Below are positions 6,636-10,400 of a DNA stretch of 10,400 bases, in pieces (the stretch's first letter is position 1; every line of letters starts with the position of its first letter). The stretch comes from Chlamydiota bacterium (GTDB lineage: Bacteria > Auribacterota > JACPWU01). The stretch covers positions 1-10,400 of the forward strand of contig JACPWU010000051.1 of NCBI GenBank assembly GCA_016196885.1, given 5' to 3'. The notes beneath the pieces were generated by a model. The model was given only the letters and a program-made list of their open reading frames with translations. It ran no database searches and was not told the origin of the DNA. The position numbers and the translations under genes are program-made.

Positions 6636-8040
6636 GGGAAGTAACTGGATCCATTGAAGGTAAATATTCCGTGCTCCAGGCCAATTTTGGACGGACCGTC
6701 CCTATCCATGTCCCATAAAATTCTTTTCTCATCTCTCCTGTATCATGGACATGAAAGGATAATACATAATCTTGAAGAATTTGCGTTTCACTGGAACCTG
6801 TACCTACAATGGCTGTCACACTGTATAAGCCCTCATTGAGAAAATTGGCTGGTATTTTGCAAAGGGCCCTAAAAGAACCCACGGGACGGGGTTTTCCGTA
6901 CCATAAATCTTCGGTTAGAGATATAGACTTATGACTCCCCGAGGCTAGAACAACAGTTCCGACTTGATCCCGCAACCAAATTGATGTGTAAAGCTTGGCA
7001 TTTTCTTGCAAATTCCAATAACTTATTTCAATGCGTACTTCTTTCGAAATATCCACATCTGCTGTCGACGCATCTATCCCCTCTTGAAAAATACGCACTG
7101 CTTGAAGACGCACCAAATCGTTCCCTGGTGCATTTTCAACATCCGACCACGTTACTTCCCCTCCCGCAGAACGAGCCACGGCCAGATATGCCTGGACAAC
7201 CTCAGCAGCTCGACCATCCTTTATTACCTCTCCCTCCCTTAAGAGAATGGCCCTCTCGCACAAATTCATAATGCTTGGCATGTTATGAGATACAATAACA
7301 ACCGTGCGTCCCTCTTTCGCAACATCCCCCATTTTTCCTAAACACTTCTTCTGAAATTCTGCGTCACCCACAGCAAGCACTTCATCCACCAACAACACCT
7401 CTGGTTCCAAATGCGCCGCAACAGCAAAAGCCAATCGCACATACATTCCGCTGGAATAGCGTTTGACAGGCGTGTCGATAAATTTTCCCACCTCAGCAAA
7501 GGCAACGATTTCATCAAATTTTCTTCGAATTTCGACTCGTTTCATTCCCATAATCGCACCGTTTAAGAGAATATTTTCTCGCCCTGTGAGTTCTGGATGA
7601 AAGCCCGTCCCAACCTCTAAGAGGCTTCGAACACGACCGTGAATTTCCGCCCCGCCCTCTGTGGGTTCTGTAATGCGGGAAAGAATTTTGAGAAGCGTGC
7701 TTTTCCCGGCGCCATTTCGTCCAATCACGCCAACGACTTCGCCTCGCTTAATCTCGAAAGAGACATCCTTCAACGCCCAGATGTGCGACTCGTTATGGGT
7801 GAGGGGTGCCGCCCCTGGCGAGCCTCGCCCGCCTCGACTCGTCTTCGACTTGTCGAGGACGAGGCTGGGCCTTCGGCGGGAGGGGTAAGAGCCATTGCGA
7901 CTCATGACAGAACGTGCATATCGGAAGGGTGCAGTAAAAAGAGTGGTTAAGCGATCGCGAAAACTATAGTAGCGCTCCCGCTCCCCAATTTTGTAGAGTT
8001 TCCCTAAATTTTCAACACGAATGGCGATGTTGTCAGACAT
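6625..8040 (-). CDS. wzt: Polysaccharide/O-antigen ABC exporter ATP-binding protein (Wzt/TagH type) with an extra C-terminal domain resembling the Wzt glycan-binding domain
   Basis: 471-aa ORF. It has Walker A GRNGAGKST, signature YSSGMYVRL, Walker B LLVDEVLAVGD and H-loop SHN. About 180 aa of beta-rich sequence follow the NBD (EVRIEISYWN..., SVTAIVGT..., LSFHVHD). Confidence 0.85.
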   Translation of the reverse strand: MSDNIAIRVENLGKLYKIGERERYYSFRDRLTTLFTAPFRYARSVMSRNGSYPSRRRPSLVLDKSKTSRGGRGSPGAAPLTHNESHIWALKDVSFEIKRGEVVGVIGRNGAGKSTLLKILSRITEPTEGGAEIHGRVRSLLEVGTGFHPELTGRENILLNGAIMGMKRVEIRRKFDEIVAFAEVGKFIDTPVKRYSSGMYVRLAFAVAAHLEPEVLLVDEVLAVGDAEFQKKCLGKMGDVAKEGRTVVIVSHNMPSIMNLCERAILLREGEVIKDGRAAEVVQAYLAVARSAGGEVTWSDVENAPGNDLVRLQAVRIFQEGIDASTADVDISKEVRIEISYWNLQENAKLYTSIWLRDQVGTVVLASGSHKSISLTEDLWYGKPRPVGSFRALCKIPANFLNEGLYSVTAIVGTGSSETQILQDYVLSFHVHDTGEMRKEFYGTWIGTVRPKLAWSTEYLPSMDPVTSHAK

Positions 8041-8070
8041 AAATTATTGTTAAAAGTCTAGGAATACCTT

Positions 8071-9090
8071 TCATCTAATATCGATCAGAAGTCTTTGCAC
8101 ATCTTCAGGAGTAGGCAGTTCACCCTGCAATTTACGTGGAAGTTTTTCTGTCATGGTATATTGCGCAATCCCAATCGGTTTTCTACTCTGACGTAAAGCG
8201 TATTCAACAATGGTACGCTTTTTTTCCTTACACATAATAATACCAATCGATGGATTCTCTCCCTTAACCTTTACTTTGCTATCCAGAGCTGAGAGATAAA
8301 ATTGTATTTTACCAACATGTTCCGGCTTGAATTCACCTACCTTTAGCTCCACTGCTACTAAGCATTTAAGTCTGCGATGATAAAGTAAAATATCAATAAA
8401 GAATTCCGTTCCGTCTACCTCTAGGCGATACTGATTACCCATAAATGCAAATGCCCCACCCATTTCAATGAGAAACTTGTTTATTTTCGCAATCAGCGCC
8501 CGTTCGAGTTCCATCTCCCCATGCTCTTCAGTCAACTCTAAAAAATCAAAAGTATATTCATCCTTGACCGCAAGCTTTGCTTGTTTTTTTATTTTTTCAG
8601 GTAGAGTTTTTTCGAAATTGGTCTGGTTGAGCAATGTCTTTTCATAGGTCTGATTTTCGATCTGATGTATTAAAACATTTTTCGTCCAACCAAATTTGCG
8701 GGTCATGCGAATATAAAATTCACGCTCCAAGTCATCGTTGCAGCTTTCTACGATCACTATAATTTTTGTCCAACTTATTTCTTGCACCATTGGTGCAAGT
8801 TTTTCGTTATTCCTAAAATGCAGGTAAAATTTACGCATGCGCCATAGATTATCCGTCGAATATCCTTGCATTCCAGGGAACTCTTTTTGCAAGTCATTCG
8901 CCAATGTTTCAACAACAGCCTTGCCCCATCCTTCTTTCTCCTGCTTTTCAACAATCATGCGTCCAACATCCCAATACAAAACGATTAATTCTCTATTAAC
9001 CGATTTGAGCGCCATGTACTGTGCCGAGCGTATTCGTTCTTTAATTTCACTGAGAAAACTCCTATAACTATTTGTGACTTCTTTTTTCAT
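8071..9090 (-). CDS. DUF1016 / YhcG-family PDDEXK nuclease-fold protein
   Basis: 339-aa ORF. The N-terminal helical region is characteristic (LSEIKERIRSAQYMALKSVNRELIVLYWDVGRMIVEKQEKEGWG...NLWRMRKFY). The C-terminal restriction-endonuclease-like core is FFIDILLYHRRLKCLVAVELK (D...ELK). The start ATG overlaps the ERCC4 stop (ATGA at 9087-9090). Confidence 0.9.
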   Translation of the reverse strand: MKKEVTNSYRSFLSEIKERIRSAQYMALKSVNRELIVLYWDVGRMIVEKQEKEGWGKAVVETLANDLQKEFPGMQGYSTDNLWRMRKFYLHFRNNEKLAPMVQEISWTKIIVIVESCNDDLEREFYIRMTRKFGWTKNVLIHQIENQTYEKTLLNQTNFEKTLPEKIKKQAKLAVKDEYTFDFLELTEEHGEMELERALIAKINKFLIEMGGAFAFMGNQYRLEVDGTEFFIDILLYHRRLKCLVAVELKVGEFKPEHVGKIQFYLSALDSKVKVKGENPSIGIIMCKEKKRTIVEYALRQSRKPIGIAQYTMTEKLPRKLQGELPTPEDVQRLLIDIR

Positions 9091-9716
9091 TTCGAAACTA
9101 ATTCTCGAATCGTTTTAGCCTTGACCTTACCTAATCTTGGAACTTGCATCAGTTCTTCCTCCGAGGCTGTTATGACCTTCTCTACAGTTCCAAAATGAGT
9201 CAACAGTTGATTAGACAATACCGGTCCCACTTGAGGCAGCCCCTGCAAAATATAAAGCTGCTTCTTTAGAATCCGCTTGGGACGTCCGCCGGGTCGGTAA
9301 GATAATTCATGACTCATCATTTCGTTTTGAGACCCTAACAGCCACAAGAGTAAAGCCGTATCCTCCTTGTCATCCGAAAAAAGAACGGGTACCTGCCATG
9401 CCAAAGCAACGCTGATCACTCCTCCTTTTACCGCATGAGGATGAATGTTAACAGAAGTACTATAAAGGTCTTTCCCCTCAATAATGACTGCGGCACAATC
9501 AAAAAATTGCTTCATCCGTGCCATTTGCTTAAAAAGCCTTCCGTCAATAATGGATTGAACAAAATCCAACGTGGTTTTACGCTCAACTACAATCTCCCCA
9601 TTAACAATATAATCCCCCGTTTTTAGTGGCTCTGTTGTGAGAGTAACATCGTATTTCTTCGTTAGAATATCCCCTATGCCAGCATCGTTCTCTCGAAAAT
9701 CCATTTTAATATTCAA
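9087..9716 (-). CDS. ERCC4-domain (XPF/Mus81/Hef-type) structure-specific nuclease with C-terminal tandem helix-hairpin-helix
   Basis: 209 aa from the TTG at 9716. The ERCC4 signature GDx(n)ERKx3D is intact (TGDYIVNGEIVVERKTTLD) and is followed by DGRLFKQ. The C-terminus LQGLPQVGPVLSNQLLTHFGTVEKVITASEEELMQVPRLGKVKAKTI matches the (HhH)2 pattern. The TTG start overlaps the stop of the upstream small ORF (TTGA). The first in-frame ATG is at 9704. Confidence 0.85.
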   Translation of the reverse strand: MNIKMDFRENDAGIGDILTKKYDVTLTTEPLKTGDYIVNGEIVVERKTTLDFVQSIIDGRLFKQMARMKQFFDCAAVIIEGKDLYSTSVNIHPHAVKGGVISVALAWQVPVLFSDDKEDTALLLWLLGSQNEMMSHELSYRPGGRPKRILKKQLYILQGLPQVGPVLSNQLLTHFGTVEKVITASEEELMQVPRLGKVKAKTIRELVSK

Positions 9717-9877
9717 ACGGCAAATACCCCATGAGAGTATGAATTCTTATCGTATTCATTTGTTAATTGTGCTTGCTCAAGCCACATGTCCCAATAGGCA
9801 AAGAGCTCTTCTTGCGATAAATTACGCAAATCAAGATCTTCTTCACTTAAGAATTCATCTCTCATCATGATTGACAT
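9713..9877 (-). CDS. Hypothetical small acidic protein (54 aa), translationally coupled to the ERCC4 nuclease gene
   Basis: I translated this ORF myself; it is below the ORF-track length cutoff. Product: MSIMMRDEFLSEEDLDLRNLSQEELFAYWDMWLEQAQLTNEYDKNSYSHGVFAV. Its composition is protein-like, unlike the opposite-strand ORF at 9637-9870. A purine-rich GTAGGGTG precedes the ATG. I recognise no family. Confidence 0.4.
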   Translation of the reverse strand: MSIMMRDEFLSEEDLDLRNLSQEELFAYWDMWLEQAQLTNEYDKNSYSHGVFAV

Positions 9878-9887
9878 CACACCCTAC

Positions 9888-10052
9888 TTAAACCAAGAAT
9901 GGTAATATCCCTTGGGCTCGAGCGGCCATCATAGCATGCGCTTCAAGAAGAGGATGCCCCTCTACTTCTTTCTCGACTTGAGGCCACACCTTTGCCCATT
10001 CCTCAGCCGCCTCCATGTAAGCTTGCAACCGTGCCTCATTCGCATGAATCAT
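9888..10052 (-). CDS. Hypothetical 54-aa ORF; possibly the displaced C-terminal part of a frameshifted minimal nucleotidyltransferase
   Basis: I translated this ORF myself: MIHANEARLQAYMEAAEEWAKVWPQVEKEVEGHPLLEAHAMMAARAQGILPFLV. It overlaps the upstream ORF by 17 nt in a different frame. A stop codon lies 2 codons upstream of its ATG. Confidence 0.35.
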   Translation of the reverse strand: MIHANEARLQAYMEAAEEWAKVWPQVEKEVEGHPLLEAHAMMAARAQGILPFLV

Positions 10053-10203
10053 GTTTCATCGTCCCCGTCTCTTCCCTCAACATCCAGTCACCGTCCTTAC
10101 TCATGATGGCCAGATGATGTAGAACCACGGCCTGTCCTGAGGAGAGGACCGCTCTCAATCTCCCTTCATTAAAACGATGTGTTAACTCAACATAAATATT
10201 CAT
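10036..10203 (-). CDS. Hypothetical 55-aa ORF resembling the N-terminal half of a pol-beta-superfamily minimal nucleotidyltransferase (possible gene fragment)
   Basis: The ORF-track entry 10036-10305 is trimmed to the ATG at 10201-10203 because its first 34 codons overlap the retropepsin-like C-terminus. Product: MNIYVELTHRFNEGRLRAVLSSGQAVVLHHLAIMSKDGDWMLREETGTMKHDSCE. It contains a G[GS]-x(n)-DxD-like pattern (SSGQAVVLHHLAIMSKDGDW). Confidence 0.4.
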   Translation of the reverse strand: MNIYVELTHRFNEGRLRAVLSSGQAVVLHHLAIMSKDGDWMLREETGTMKHDSCE

Positions 10204-10264
10204 TGACACCACTGCGATTGACAAAAGAACGCACCTATCTATTTCTAAATGTTGTATCTCTCCC

Positions 10265-10400
10265 CTACACCGCGAGTGTCGTCGTTGCAACAAATCGATG
10301 CGCAATATTATCTACCATGACCCCAAAACCTTCTAACGTACGCACTCCAAGAAGATGCATATCCCCCTTTTCAGCAAAGACAACTTCGTCAATGGTTTCA
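10265..10400 (-). CDS. C-terminal end of a second, divergent retropepsin-like (clan AA) protein; 5' end beyond the window
   Basis: I translated this myself: ...ETIDEVVFAEKGDMHLLGVRTLEGFGVMVDNIAHRFVATTTLAV*, with TAG at 10265-10267. The xLLGxxxLExxGxxVDxxxxRxV tail is typical of small bacterial retropepsin-like proteins. Only 44 residues are visible and the active site is outside the window. Confidence 0.45.
   Translation of the reverse strand, partial: ETIDEVVFAEKGDMHLLGVRTLEGFGVMVDNIAHRFVATTTLAV

Noticed and set aside
7801-7886. 7-bp direct repeat GAGGGGT (7801-7807 and 7880-7886) flanking the GC-rich wzt insert, considered as a target-site duplication of a small inserted element
   Set aside because: The repeat-to-repeat distance is 79 nt, which is not a multiple of 3, so clean excision would break the wzt frame. 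A 7-mer of this composition is also likely to recur by chance in a G-rich stretch.
7639-7950. Two overlapping plus-strand ORFs (103 and 75 aa) opposite the 5' part of wzt
   Set aside because: They coincide with the locally GC-rich segment, where stop codons are rare by composition. Their translations are R/P/A/S-rich nonsense, and wzt on the minus strand has all the ABC motifs.
10202-10223. Direct repeat ATTGACA ... ATTGACA, giving two canonical TTGACA -35 hexamers on the plus strand
   Set aside because: No acceptable -10 lies at 16-18 nt spacing and there is no plausible plus-strand gene downstream. On the coding (minus) strand the repeat reads TGTCAAT and overlaps the small-ORF start. It could be an operator, but that is unsupported.
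10204-10305. N-terminal 34 codons of the ORF-track entry 10036-10305 (TTG start)
   Set aside because: This stretch overlaps the better-supported retropepsin-like C-terminus, which ends at 10265, in another frame. Its R/C/H-rich translation looks non-coding. The ORF was therefore trimmed to the ATG at 10203.
8041-10400. Compositional shift of the nuclease and small-ORF block relative to the glycan genes, as evidence of horizontal acquisition
   Set aside because: Hand counts on a few 60-nt lines gave roughly 30-48 percent GC here against roughly 42-50 percent in wzt. That difference is too small and too noisy to claim without a proper windowed calculation. No flanking repeats, integrase or tRNA are visible.
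1-10400. Search for CRISPR repeats, tRNA or rRNA genes, transposase or integrase genes, and long terminal or inverted repeats
   Set aside because: Non-coding space is limited to gaps of 130 nt or less and none contains periodic repeats or cloverleaf-like structure. No ORF shows a DDE transposase or a tyrosine or serine recombinase motif.

Overview
Almost the whole window is coding on the minus strand: about 15 co-directional genes with short or overlapping junctions. No rRNA, tRNA, CRISPR array or transposase is visible. In transcription order (right to left) it contains two blocks.

(1) Accessory-looking block, 8071-10400:
- the 3' end of a retropepsin-like gene;
- three 54-55 aa ORFs, the first two of which look like one minimal nucleotidyltransferase gene split by a 1-nt frameshift;
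- an ERCC4/XPF-type nuclease whose start overlaps the preceding small ORF (TTGA) and whose stop overlaps the start of a DUF1016/YhcG-type PDDEXK nuclease (ATGA).

(2) Glycan export and biosynthesis block, 1-8040:
- a Wzt-type ABC ATPase with a C-terminal glycan-binding-like domain, but no adjacent wzm;
- an extended SDR epimerase/dehydratase;
- a nucleotidyltransferase-PfkB kinase fusion, HldE-like but with inverted domain order;
- a GmhA-like SIS isomerase;
- a small retropepsin-like ORF whose catalytic Asp is replaced by Asn;
- a second SDR;
- a TPP-dependent E1 alpha/beta pair, with beta running off the left edge.

Best candidates for something undescribed:
- the coupled ERCC4 + DUF1016 two-nuclease cassette sitting where wzm would be expected;
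- the inverted HldE-like fusion;
- the naturally D-to-N retropepsin inside a sugar operon;
- the E1-like TPP pair, which suggests an unusual heptose-derived sugar.

All family assignments come from motif recognition by eye. No database search was run.
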